Shown piece by piece: positions 50,344-59,458 of a DNA stretch of 64,000 nt. Under the pieces are notes generated by a model. It searched no databases and was not told the DNA's origin. It worked only from the letters and a program-made list of their open reading frames with translations. Every line of letters begins with the position of its first letter. The first letter of the stretch is position 1. Origin of the DNA: an uncultured delta proteobacterium (GTDB lineage: Bacteria > Myxococcota > UBA727 > VGSZ01); assembly GCA_963775425.1 (NCBI GenBank), contig CAVZJB010000013.1:64001-128000 (forward strand). Reading direction: 5' to 3'. The translations under genes and the position numbers were made by a program.

Positions 50344-51708
50344 TCAGTGGTGCCCGCCGTGGTGGCCACCATGAGAGAAGAAGCCGAAGTGGTGGCCGCA
50401 GCCGAAGAGGAAGCCGAGGAAGCCGCAGCCGCCGTGGCCGTGGCCGCCGGGGTGCGGCGCGTGCCCGGCAGGGGCGGCGGCGGCGCCCGCGTTGTCGATG
50501 AGACCCCCGAAGTTGTCGATGTAGAAGCGCTTCTTCATCTGGAAGTCCGAGGTCTGCACGCTGCCGGAGACCTTGCGCGACAGGGCGAGGGAGACGTCGA
50601 CGGACGCCACCTTGGCGGCGCTGTCGAGGTCCCAGGTGCCGGTGATCGACGTCCCGCTCTCGTCGTTGTACGTGAGGGTGAAGGCGCTGACGCCCGTCAT
50701 CACCGTCTCCCAGCCGGTGCCGTCGGTGGGCGGCGCGCAGTCGGTGGGGGTGGCGGTGCTGCGGAAGTTGCCGTTGCCGACCTTGGGGAAGTTGGCGGCG
50801 CCCGGATCGACGATCCGCCCCCAACACTGCCGCCGGAGCAGCACGCAGTCCGTGCTCCCGGCCGGACAGGCGTTGCCCGGCGTGGCGGAGTCTTCGAGCG
50901 ACCAGAAGACGCGATCGACGGTGGCGGCGTAGCCGCCGGCGTTCTTCTGGAACATCTCGTCGAGCTGGACCGCGGGCGCCCCGCCGCTGTTGAACGTGTT
51001 GCCGCTGCCCGCGCCGTTGCTGAGCGCGATGCCCAGGTACGGACCGTCGGTGGCGGTGGCGGAGCCGTTCCACTCGCGCTCGTACCAGCCGCCGTCCACT
51101 GCGCCGACCACGAGGTGGACGTGGTGGCTGCCGCTCTCCCACTTGTTGAGGGCCCACGGACACAAGCGCGAGGACGGGTGGCCCGCGTCGCAGATGTCGC
51201 CGGCGCCGAACACGCCGCCGGACGGGCCCGTGAGGAGCGTCGCCGTGGTGTTGTCGCACTGGTAGCTGGTCGCGCCCCCGGCGCTCGGCACGCAGGGGGA
51301 GATCTCCGAGGTCACGTCGAGGTGGTTGAGCGCCGCGCCGCCCCCGACGTCGGCGACGGTGACGATGCCGTTGAGGTCCGCGTTCGGGTACGGCAGGTCA
51401 CCCAGAAAGACGATGTTGTCCGGCTTGCCGATGCGGATGAGCGGGCGCAGTTGGTGGTCCTCGCGCGTCCCCACAAAGTCGGGGACGTCGATGCGGTCAC
51501 CGCGCGGGACGCCGACGCCCATGGCGGTGATGTCCTTGCCGATGATGTCGAAGACGAGCTCGGCGTCGCGTGCGAGCGCGGCCTTGGCCACGGCATTCTG
51601 CTGGGCGCTGTGGGCGTTGAGGAGGGTGAGGAGCGCCGCCGCCGCGATGACGGAGCCGATGGCGAGCGCGACGGCGACCTCGATGAGGGTAAAGGCTCTG
51701 CTCTTCAT
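50344..51708 (-). CDS. pilW: PilW-like minor pilin
   Basis: MKSRA|FTLIEVAVALAIG; I.KDI..MG.G motif; His/Gly-rich tail. Confidence 0.8.
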   Translation of the reverse strand: MKSRAFTLIEVAVALAIGSVIAAAALLTLLNAHSAQQNAVAKAALARDAELVFDIIGKDITAMGVGVPRGDRIDVPDFVGTREDHQLRPLIRIGKPDNIVFLGDLPYPNADLNGIVTVADVGGGAALNHLDVTSEISPCVPSAGGATSYQCDNTTATLLTGPSGGVFGAGDICDAGHPSSRLCPWALNKWESGSHHVHLVVGAVDGGWYEREWNGSATATDGPYLGIALSNGAGSGNTFNSGGAPAVQLDEMFQKNAGGYAATVDRVFWSLEDSATPGNACPAGSTDCVLLRRQCWGRIVDPGAANFPKVGNGNFRSTATPTDCAPPTDGTGWETVMTGVSAFTLTYNDESGTSITGTWDLDSAAKVASVDVSLALSRKVSGSVQTSDFQMKKRFYIDNFGGLIDNAGAAAAPAGHAPHPGGHGHGGCGFLGFLFGCGHHFGFFSHGGHHGGHH

Positions 51709-52190
51709 CCCTGTCCCTTCAAGCCAGTCATGGTGATGGCCTTCAGCCCTTGCCGGGTGGGGTAGTGGACGGTGACGATGATCTCGAAGATGTTGGCGTC
51801 GAGGCCGAACGGTGACCTGGTGGCGTAGGCGGCGGTCTGGTCGGTGATGGTCCACTCCCAGCTCATGCCCGGGAAGCACGTCGTCGCCGGCGGCACCGGC
51901 TGGCACGCCCCCGGCGTCGCGTCGACGGCGATCGGCGCCTGCGTGATCGGCGTGATGCCCTCCACCGAGCCGAGCTCCTCGAGCTTGGCGTGGCACAGCG
52001 TCATCGCCTGCGCCTTGCGGGTCGCGTACGTGGTGTCGGCGCGCTGCTCGGTGAGCACCGCGAACGTGGAGGCGAGCACCGCGGCGAGGATGGCGCCGCC
52101 GAACAACGCCTCGATGAGCAGGTACGCACGGGGCGACCGGCGTCGGCGCGGCGGGCGAGCGGGGGCCGGTGCGACGAGAGGTGATGTCAT
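51705..52190 (-). CDS. pilV: PilV/GspI-like minor pilin
   Basis: RRRRSPRA|YLLIEALFG; A..L...KLEEL; ATGA overlaps with both neighbours. Confidence 0.7.
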   Translation of the reverse strand: MTSPLVAPAPARPPRRRRSPRAYLLIEALFGGAILAAVLASTFAVLTEQRADTTYATRKAQAMTLCHAKLEELGSVEGITPITQAPIAVDATPGACQPVPPATTCFPGMSWEWTITDQTAAYATRSPFGLDANIFEIIVTVHYPTRQGLKAITMTGLKGQG

Positions 52191-52753
52191 GGGCAGCTCG
52201 TGGAGGTGATGGTCACCGGGGCGGTGAGCGCCGCCGGCGCGCGGATCGCGACCCGCTCACAGATGCGGCCACGGCGGTCGATGTCGACGACACCGAAGGA
52301 AGGGCCGACGCTCTGCACGAGCACGCGCGCGCCGTACTCGGTGTTGGTGAGCGTGCCGTCGCCGCGCAGGCGGCTGTTGGGGCGGAAGACGATCTCGTCG
52401 CCGGCGGCGCCCGCCGTGTCCGAGATCGTCGCCGTGGCCGGCGAGATGTCCACGGTGCGGGTGGCGGTCCAGCCGTCGCTGTCGAGGGTGCCGCTGTTCA
52501 CGCAGTCGCTCGAGTTGTGGCGCTCGAGCGCGATGCGGTTGGGCTGGACCATCGTCACGCGATAGCAGCGCCCCTCGGTGACCGCGCGCCGCCGGCCGTC
52601 CTCGACGGCGCTGGCCACGATCGACGACGCCTCGCGCCCGCGCGACGAGCGCAGCATCGGCAGCATCGCGGGGGCCGCGAGGGCCGCGATCACGCCGATG
52701 ATGGCGATGACGACGAGCATCTCGATGAGTGAGAAACCACGATGCGGCTGCAC
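52187..52753 (-). CDS. fimU: FimU/FimT (GspH-like) minor pilin
   Basis: RG|FSLIEMLVVIAIIGVIAALAAP; R..AV.E; IVF.P; C-terminal Cys pair; GAGGGGG RBS. Confidence 0.8.
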   Translation of the reverse strand: MQPHRGFSLIEMLVVIAIIGVIAALAAPAMLPMLRSSRGREASSIVASAVEDGRRRAVTEGRCYRVTMVQPNRIALERHNSSDCVNSGTLDSDGWTATRTVDISPATATISDTAGAAGDEIVFRPNSRLRGDGTLTNTEYGARVLVQSVGPSFGVVDIDRRGRICERVAIRAPAALTAPVTITSTSCP

Positions 52754-52858
52754 AGATTGTCCCCCTCACGGCGCTTGAGCTGGCGTGGAAGCTCAAGTCT
52801 CCAGAAATGCCGTTTGACCGTCAACGTTGACACCGGCGCCGAGGTGGGGGCGTCAGCG

Positions 52859-53136
52859 GTGCGCCCCGCCGCTGTGCGCCGAGGTGGACGCCTCCGCGCG
52901 ACCCATCGGGGTCCTAGAGAAGTCGCCGCGCGGCGTAGCAGAGCCGGCGCCGGGTCCCGTCGCCGGGGCGCACGAGAGCCCTGCACATCGCCACGAAGCC
53001 GCCACAGCGACACCGCTCCAAATTCCGCGTCCGGACGTCTCGGTGTCAGCGCACCGGCGACGGGCCTGGCGCGCGTGGCGGCACGCCCGCCGCTTCGTGC
53101 GCCCCGCCGCTGTGCGCCGACCCATCGGGGTCCTAG
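52859..53136. repeat. Direct repeat of 40 bp; one copy is interrupted by 19 bp
   Basis: GTGCGCCCCGCCGCTGTGCGCC + GACCCATCGGGGTCCTAG at 53097-53136, and at 52859-52880 / 52900-52917. Confidence 0.9.
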
Positions 53137-54575
53137 TCGTCGACGGTGGCGCGCACGGTCCCGCGCTCGACGCGCACCTCGAGCCTGGTGCCGGCGGGCG
53201 CGTCCACGGGATCGCGCACGACGGCGCCGTCGTCGACGCGGCGCGCGATGGCGTAGCCGCGGGCGAGCACCGTGAGCGGCGAGATGGAGTCGAGCCGCGC
53301 CACGAGCACGTCGAGCGTGCGCCCGCCCGCTGCGCGCTGCGCCTGCGCCGCGGGCAGCAGGCGCGCCGAGAGCCCGGACACGCGCGCGCGCCCCGTCGCC
53401 ATCCGGCGGGCCGGCGACGCCGCGCGCAGGCGCTCCTCGAGCCGCGTGAGGCGCGCGCGGCGCTCCGCCACCTGCCGCGACGGCGACGCCGCGCGCAGGC
53501 GCTCTTCGAGCTTCGCCACCGTCGCGCGCCGCGCCTCGCGCGAGGCGCCGACGGCGCGCTCGAGGCGGTGCGCGAGCGCGTCGGCGAGACGGCGCTCGGC
53601 GGCGACGACGTGCCGCGGGTCGGGCAGGCGGCGGCGGGCGCGCTCGAGGCGGGCGCGCGCGTCGGCGAGGGCGTGGCGCAGGGCGGCGTCGAGGCGGCGC
53701 GCGTCGGCGTCGACCTGGTGCGTGAGGACGTCGAGCCGGGGGACCGCGAGCTCGGCGGCGTTCGAGGGCGTGGCCGCGCGCAGGTCGGCCACCAGGTCGG
53801 CGATGGTGACGTCGCTCTCGTGACCGACGCCGGCGACCACCGGCGTCTGCGCGTGGGCGATGGCGCGCGCGACGGGCTCGGTGTTGAACGCCCAGAGGTC
53901 CTCGAGGGAGCCGCCGCCGCGCACGACCAGCAGCACGTCACAGCCGCCGTGCTTGTCGAGGCGGCGGATGGCGTCGGCGATGTCGGCGGCGGCGCCGTCG
54001 CCTTGCACCTTGGTGGGCCCCACCACCACGCGCAGGCGCGGCATGCGGTCGAAGAGCACCTTCAAGGCGTCGCGGATGGCGGCCCCCGTCGACGACGTTA
54101 CGATCCCTACGCTGCGCGGGAGCCGCGGCAGGGCCCGCTTGCGCTCGCGCGCGAACAAGCCCTCCGCCTCCAGCTTCTCCTTGAGCTGGCGGAACGCGAG
54201 GTCGAGCGCGCCCTCGCCGACGGGCTCCACGCGCACCACCCGCATCTGCACCTGCGCCCACTCCGTGACGCTGGGTTTGCCTACGGCGACGATCTGCATG
54301 CCGTGCCTGAGGTCGAACTTGATGCGCTTGCTGTCGTTGAAGAACACGATGCACGGCAGCTTGGCCCGCGCGTCCTTGAGGTCGAACGTGATGTGTCCGG
54401 TGTTGAGCACGCGCGCGCTCGAGATCTCGCCGACCACGCGCAGGTCGCCGCCGCGGGCGATGTGCTCGACGTTGGCCCGGGCGCGCCGGAGCACCTCGCC
54501 CGGGCGCAGCGCCCCGGCCTCCGGGGCCGCCGCGGCCTCGACGCCGGCCCGCACAGGAGGGCTCTTCGCCGTCAT
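53133..54575 (-). CDS. xseA: Exodeoxyribonuclease VII large subunit
   Basis: GEIS...GH..F.LKD, KEKLEAEGLF, TGAAIRD, VQG, RGGGSLEDLWAFN, GVGHESD, ATPSNAAE, LARGYA. Confidence 0.97.
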   Translation of the reverse strand: MTAKSPPVRAGVEAAAAPEAGALRPGEVLRRARANVEHIARGGDLRVVGEISSARVLNTGHITFDLKDARAKLPCIVFFNDSKRIKFDLRHGMQIVAVGKPSVTEWAQVQMRVVRVEPVGEGALDLAFRQLKEKLEAEGLFARERKRALPRLPRSVGIVTSSTGAAIRDALKVLFDRMPRLRVVVGPTKVQGDGAAADIADAIRRLDKHGGCDVLLVVRGGGSLEDLWAFNTEPVARAIAHAQTPVVAGVGHESDVTIADLVADLRAATPSNAAELAVPRLDVLTHQVDADARRLDAALRHALADARARLERARRRLPDPRHVVAAERRLADALAHRLERAVGASREARRATVAKLEERLRAASPSRQVAERRARLTRLEERLRAASPARRMATGRARVSGLSARLLPAAQAQRAAGGRTLDVLVARLDSISPLTVLARGYAIARRVDDGAVVRDPVDAPAGTRLEVRVERGTVRATVDD

Positions 54576-54680
54576 TCGACCTCGGAGCTTCTCACGTCGA
54601 GCCGGCGCCGGCGCCAGCATTGTTCCGAAGGCGGCCCCTGCGGTACAACCGCCTGCCCCGCATCCAACGAGAGAGCGATC

Positions 54681-55808
54681 ATGACCGACAAGCCGATCCC
54701 CCCACCGCCCCCTCCCCCACCCGGCATGGCGGTCCCGCCGCCGCCGCCGCCCCCGCCCGGCATGGGTGCCGCTCCTCCGCCGCCCCCGCCGCCCCCGGGC
54801 ATGCCGCCGCCGCCGCCGATGGCCGCCGGCGTCCCCGCGCCGCCGCCGCCGCCCCCGGGCATGGCGCCGCCGCCGATGCCTGCGCCGCTGCCGCCCACGC
54901 CCGGCGTCGCCGCCGCCGCCCCCGCCGCCGCGCCCGCGGCCATCCCGATGCGCACCATCCGCAAGATGGAGGCTGTCGTCGTCGACTGCGTGCGCCGCAC
55001 CCACGACGCCACGTCCATCTACTTCTTCGTCGGCGAGACCGGCCCGTACCGCGCCGGCCAGTTCATCTCCATCGACGTGCACCAGTTCCCCGACCTCAAG
55101 CGCTGGGTCGATCACCTCGAGGCGCTCAAGGGCAAGAAGGAGCCCATCCGCTCCTACTCGATGCAGTCGGCGCCCGGTGAGAAGTGCGTCTCCATCTGCG
55201 TGAAGGCCGAGGAGTACGACGCCAAGGTCCACAAGTTCCCGCCGCTGTTGTCGCCGTTTTTGTCGTCGGGCGCGCTCAAGGGACGCGAGTGCGTCATCTC
55301 GGGCTTCACCGGCGCCTATTACATCCCCGACGACATCGAGCAGAAGACGGACCAGGTCCTGCACTTCGTCGCCGGCTCCGGCATCGTGCCCAACTACGGC
55401 ATCGTCAAGGACGAGCTGAAGAACAACAAGAACCCCAAGGTCAAGCACGTCATGATCGACGTGAACAAGACCGTGGGCGACATCATCCTGCACGATCAGC
55501 TCAAGGCGCTGGAGCGCGCGTACCCGGACCGCTTCCAGTTCATCAACCTCGTCACGCGCGAAGACCCGTCGTACCTCGGGCCCAACTACTTCAAGGGCCG
55601 CCCGACGGCGGAGATCACGCGCAAGTACGTCAACGACCCGAGCTCGGTGCGCGTCTACGCTTGCGGCGCCGCCATCACCAAGCACCAGAAGGCCGCGGCC
55701 AAGGAGAAGGGCACCGAGCCCACCCCGCGCTTCATGGAGTCCGTCGAGAAGATCCTCGAGGAGCTCGGCGTGCCGAAAGCACACTTCAAGAAAGAAGAGT
55801 TCGGCTGA
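54681..55808 (+). CDS. FAD/NAD(P)-binding oxidoreductase (ferredoxin reductase-like) with polyproline N-terminus
   Basis: YRAGQF, RSYS, AGSGIVP, YACG, C-terminal EEFG. Confidence 0.88.
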   Translation: MTDKPIPPPPPPPPGMAVPPPPPPPPGMGAAPPPPPPPPGMPPPPPMAAGVPAPPPPPPGMAPPPMPAPLPPTPGVAAAAPAAAPAAIPMRTIRKMEAVVVDCVRRTHDATSIYFFVGETGPYRAGQFISIDVHQFPDLKRWVDHLEALKGKKEPIRSYSMQSAPGEKCVSICVKAEEYDAKVHKFPPLLSPFLSSGALKGRECVISGFTGAYYIPDDIEQKTDQVLHFVAGSGIVPNYGIVKDELKNNKNPKVKHVMIDVNKTVGDIILHDQLKALERAYPDRFQFINLVTREDPSYLGPNYFKGRPTAEITRKYVNDPSSVRVYACGAAITKHQKAAAKEKGTEPTPRFMESVEKILEELGVPKAHFKKEEFG

Positions 55809-55827
55809 CGCCGACGGGGGAGCACAC

Positions 55828-56151
55828 ATGGGATTCATGGACAAGATCAAAGGGATGTTCGGCGGCGGCGCCACGGGCAAGTTCGTCGACAAGCTCGTGG
55901 CCGCGGCCGAGGACGAGATCGTCAAGCGCGTGATCGCCGAGGTGAAGTCGAAGGCGGAGGGCGAGGCCAAGGGCAAGATCAAGGAGATCGCCCTTCAGGT
56001 CATGCGCCCCAAGCTGCACGAGATCACGTCGCAGGATCCCACGGGGCTCGCCACCCGCATGGGCGACCAGATCCTCGAGAAGGCGGCCGAGAAGGTCGTC
56101 GACAAGGTCTGGGACAAGGTGAAGGACCAGATCGTCCAGCGGGCCGCGTAG
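55828..56151 (+). CDS. Hypothetical amphipathic helical protein
   Basis: MGFMDKIKGMFG start, GGGGAG RBS, strong codon bias. Confidence 0.8.
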   Translation: MGFMDKIKGMFGGGATGKFVDKLVAAAEDEIVKRVIAEVKSKAEGEAKGKIKEIALQVMRPKLHEITSQDPTGLATRMGDQILEKAAEKVVDKVWDKVKDQIVQRAA

Positions 56152-56166
56152 ACGGGCAAACCCCGG

Positions 56167-56766
56167 CTACTGGAACGTCATCGGGCCGCGGCCGCCGAAC
56201 GTGTATGACGCACGCCAGGCGGCCGCTCCCGCATCCGCGATGAGCGTCTCGAAGCGCGCCGGCTCCATCTCCTCGAGGAAGAAGCCGGGGCCGAGCTGCT
56301 CGAGCTCGAGGCGCGTCACCCGGCGCGGCCCGCCCCAGTCAGGCTCGTCGTCGGAGAAGCACAAGATGTGGAGCACGCCGCCCGCGGGCATGACCTCGGC
56401 GAGGCTCTTCAGGTAGTGCGCGCGACCCTCGTCGGTGAGCGTGTGGAACAAGCCGCAGTCGAGCACGGTGTCGAACGTGTTGTTCAAGCGCGCGAGGTCG
56501 AGCGCGTCGGCCACGAGGAAGCGCGGCGCGCGCACGGCGCCGCGGGCCTTCTCGCGCGCGAGCTCGATGGCGCGCTCGACGCCGTCGATCGCGAGCACGT
56601 TGAAGCCGCGGTGCGCGAGGAAGAGGGCGTTGTCGCCGGTGCCGCAGGCGACGTCGAGGATGTGGCCGTGGAACGCGTCGCAGTCGGCGAGCGCGACGAC
56701 GACCGACTGGGGGCGCCCGATCTCCCAAGGCGGTGTCCCCAGGTAGAGGTCGTCGAGCGCGCCCAT
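56167..56766 (-). CDS. Class I SAM-dependent methyltransferase
   Basis: PPWEIGRPQ, ILDVACGTG, FDTVLDCGLFH. Confidence 0.92.
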   Translation of the reverse strand: MGALDDLYLGTPPWEIGRPQSVVVALADCDAFHGHILDVACGTGDNALFLAHRGFNVLAIDGVERAIELAREKARGAVRAPRFLVADALDLARLNNTFDTVLDCGLFHTLTDEGRAHYLKSLAEVMPAGGVLHILCFSDDEPDWGGPRRVTRLELEQLGPGFFLEEMEPARFETLIADAGAAAWRASYTFGGRGPMTFQ

Positions 56767-56773
56767 GCTCAGG

Positions 56774-57298
56774 TCATAGCGACGACGCGGAGAGCAGGAA
56801 GAAGTGCGTGCGATGCCAGAGCGAAAGCGCGCCCTCCACGGCGGCGGCGACGGCGTCGGCCGCGAGGTCTTCGAAGCGGACGTGCAGGCCTTCGCCGTCG
56901 ACGGTGACGCGGGCCGCCATGGGCGCCAGCGCCTTCAGCTCGGGCACGGCGGCCACGAGCAGCGCGGGATCGTCGGCGTGGATGACGAAGGCGGCGTCGA
57001 CGACGTCATCTTCGACCTTGACCTCCGAGAGCGCCTCCACGGCGCCGCGCACGCCGCGCTGCGGCGTGATCCGGATGCGGGGCAGGCCCCCGCCCTCGGC
57101 GTGCTCCCCCGGCAGCGGCGCGCGCAGCTCGAGCGCGGCGAGGCCGGAGGTCCCGGGGGTCCACGTGAGCCGTGCGTGCCACTCCTCGGCGAAGTCGAGG
57201 GCGACCTGCAGCGCGAACGCGGACGGATCGGGGGCCCCCTCGATGCGCACGAAGGGGACCGCCGCCACCAACGAAGTCACGTCGAGCCTCGCCGCCAT
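56774..57298 (-). CDS. Hypothetical protein
   Basis: Codon-biased ORF; V.V.D...D.AFVI..DDP motif. Confidence 0.65.
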   Translation of the reverse strand: MAARLDVTSLVAAVPFVRIEGAPDPSAFALQVALDFAEEWHARLTWTPGTSGLAALELRAPLPGEHAEGGGLPRIRITPQRGVRGAVEALSEVKVEDDVVDAAFVIHADDPALLVAAVPELKALAPMAARVTVDGEGLHVRFEDLAADAVAAAVEGALSLWHRTHFFLLSASSL

Positions 57299-57359
57299 GG
57301 CCTTGCAGGCTACGCCAGACACGACACCGGCACACAGCGCGCGCGCCGCCAGAGGGCTG

Positions 57360-57388
57360 TTGAATTTGCGACGGGGCGCCGATAAGGC
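57360..57388 (+). promoter_or_regulatory. Putative sigma70 promoter of the SRP RNA
   Basis: TTGAAT-N17-TAAGGC just upstream of the RNA. Confidence 0.4.
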
Positions 57389-57394
57389 AGCGCT

Positions 57395-57476
57395 GCTGCT
57401 GCGCAATCGCAACGCCCGAACTCCGCCAGGCCCGGAAGGGAGCAACGGTAGGGTCCCCTGCGATGTGCGCAGCGGC
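57395..57476 (+). ncRNA. ffs: Signal recognition particle RNA (4.5S, small bacterial SRP)
   Basis: Helix-8 motif CCAGGCCCGGAAGGGAGCAACGG; terminal stem GCTGCTGCGCA/TGCGCAGCGGC followed by a T-run. Confidence 0.92.
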
Positions 57477-57551
57477 CTTTTCACGCGCGGCCGTTCTCTC
57501 CGGCCGCCTGACGCCGCGGCCGCCGGGCCGCAGACACCGCGAGGTCCCTGG

Positions 57552-58160
57552 ATGCGCGCTTACGGTCCTGCTGTCGTCGTCACTCTGGCTCTGGCCGGCT
57601 GCCCGGCGGCGCAGAAGTTGCCCGACAAGGTGCCGACGGCGCCGGTGCTGCCCGTGCTCGCGGGGACGTACGCCGAGGAGTCCTGCCGGAAGATCACGAA
57701 CGCCGACGGCACCGACAGCTTCGTGAAGCAGTCGTGGATCATCACGCCGTCGACGTGGTCGCGCGACGTCGTCGTCTACGGCGACGATCAGTGCACCACC
57801 AAGCAGGCCACCATCCACGCCGACGGCCCCTACAACGTCACCGGGCCGTCCAAGTCCGTCCCGGGAGCGTTCGATGTGGACCGCGCGTTCTCGCACCGCG
57901 TGGTCACGGCGCACGTCGACGGCTACATCGCGGTGCTCCAGTCCTACGGCTGCGGCAAGGCGCCGTACGCCGTCAACGAGCCGCAGGACGTGCTCGCGGG
58001 CGGCTGCAAGGACCTCGGGCTCATGCCGTGCGACAAGGAGCACGACATCGTCAAGCTCGACAAGGACACCATCGCCTTCGGCAAGCGCCCCGCCGACAAC
58101 GACATCTGCACGCCGGACAAGCGGCCCACCGAGCTCGAGACCCCGCTCAAGAAACAGTAG
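57552..58160 (+). CDS. Lipoprotein with APCDD1-like domain
   Basis: LAGC lipobox; G.Y..ESC...Y.D..C......I...G......S..V.GA...GCG......QDV...GC..LG.....E......FGKRP.D......KRPT....PL. Confidence 0.7.
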   Translation: MRAYGPAVVVTLALAGCPAAQKLPDKVPTAPVLPVLAGTYAEESCRKITNADGTDSFVKQSWIITPSTWSRDVVVYGDDQCTTKQATIHADGPYNVTGPSKSVPGAFDVDRAFSHRVVTAHVDGYIAVLQSYGCGKAPYAVNEPQDVLAGGCKDLGLMPCDKEHDIVKLDKDTIAFGKRPADNDICTPDKRPTELETPLKKQ

Positions 58161-58203
58161 GGCTCGCCCCCGCCGCCGCCGCGGCCGGAAGTAGAGTCGG
58201 CGC

Positions 58204-59403
58204 GTGGCCCCGCTCGCCCTCGTCCTCACGCTTGCGTGCGCGCATCCGGTGGCGCCGCCGACGTCGTGGACGGCGCTGCAACAGGACCTGCCGAAGGACA
58301 AGGGCAAGCGCGCCCGCGTGCTCTTTCGCTTCGTGCGGGACGACAGCAGCGCCCTCGACGATCGGCTGCGCGCGGCGCGCGCGTTATTCGGGTCGCTCGC
58401 CCCCACCGACCCCAAGCGCGTCGACGCCGCCGTCGCCGAGGCGGAGCTGTTCGCCGTCGCCGGCAAGCGCGGCCAGCGGCGCGGCGCGCTGCTGCGCGCG
58501 CGGGCGGACGCGCGCCGGCTGCACCAGGACGGAAAGGCCGCGCAGCTCGAGCGCGCCCTCGACGGCGACGTGGCCCTGAGGAAGCTCGAGCGCTTCCTCG
58601 ATCACCGCCGGGGCGCCGGCGCCGAGCCGGCGTCGGTGAAGAGCGCCGCCGACGCCGTGGACGACGCGCTGCCCTCTTGGCTCGCGCTCGGCGACGAGCG
58701 CGCCCACGGCGCCGCCCGCATCGCGCTCGCGCGGCGGCAAGCGCTCACCGACGCCGACGCCGCCGCGCGCGCCCTCGGCGACGCCGTCGACGCGCTCGGC
58801 ACCGGCCGCGACGCCGCCGCCGTGCGCGCCGACGGCTGGCGCGCCATGGCGCGGCTCGCCGAGGACGCCGGCCGCCTCGAGGACGCCGCCGCCGCCGCGC
58901 TCGCGGCCGACCGCGCCGACGCCGTGAACCCGAGGGTCGCCGCGGCGCCGGTGACGGCGCCGGAGGGCGGCGCGGCGGCGCCGCGCTACACGCGCAGCCG
59001 CGACACGGCCGCGTTGTGCGGCCGCCTGCGCGACAAGGGCGTGAGCTGCGCGAAGGTGGAGATGAAGCGCTGGGGCGCGCGCACGTTCTACGACTTCAGC
59101 CGTGAGCGCAGCGGCGGCTTCAACCGCGGCCGCGCCGACGACGTGCTCCACGAGTACGAGTCGCTGTTGCAGGGCTGCCTGCAGCAAGGCGCGCGCAAGA
59201 ACCTCACCACCAACACGCACGTCGAGCTCGAGTGGGGCGTGGGCAACGACGGCCACGTGCTGCAGCGCTTCGACCTGCGCCCCATGCGCCTGCGCGGCTC
59301 CCTCGTCGAGAGCTGCCTCACGGGCGCCTTCGCCGCGTTTCGCTATCCGCGCTACCGTGGCGAGATGCAGCACGTGCGCCTGAGCTACGACGTCGGCGAG
59401 TGA
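58204..59403 (+). CDS. Exported protein with C-terminal AgmX/PglI (TonB_C-like) domain
   Basis: Signal peptide/LAC; helical repeats; LQGCL...VELEWGVGNDG...VESCL...FRYP. Confidence 0.65.
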   Translation: MAPLALVLTLACAHPVAPPTSWTALQQDLPKDKGKRARVLFRFVRDDSSALDDRLRAARALFGSLAPTDPKRVDAAVAEAELFAVAGKRGQRRGALLRARADARRLHQDGKAAQLERALDGDVALRKLERFLDHRRGAGAEPASVKSAADAVDDALPSWLALGDERAHGAARIALARRQALTDADAAARALGDAVDALGTGRDAAAVRADGWRAMARLAEDAGRLEDAAAAALAADRADAVNPRVAAAPVTAPEGGAAAPRYTRSRDTAALCGRLRDKGVSCAKVEMKRWGARTFYDFSRERSGGFNRGRADDVLHEYESLLQGCLQQGARKNLTTNTHVELEWGVGNDGHVLQRFDLRPMRLRGSLVESCLTGAFAAFRYPRYRGEMQHVRLSYDVGE

Positions 59404-59458
59404 CGACGACGCAGGGGCGGAGACTGAAGGTGGCGGCGGCCCGTGCTAGCGTCGCGCC

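Noticed and set aside
52754-53133. c-di-GMP riboswitch upstream of the pilin cassette
   Set aside because: No GGCAAA/GAAA-tetraloop/GCAAAGC pattern on the minus strand
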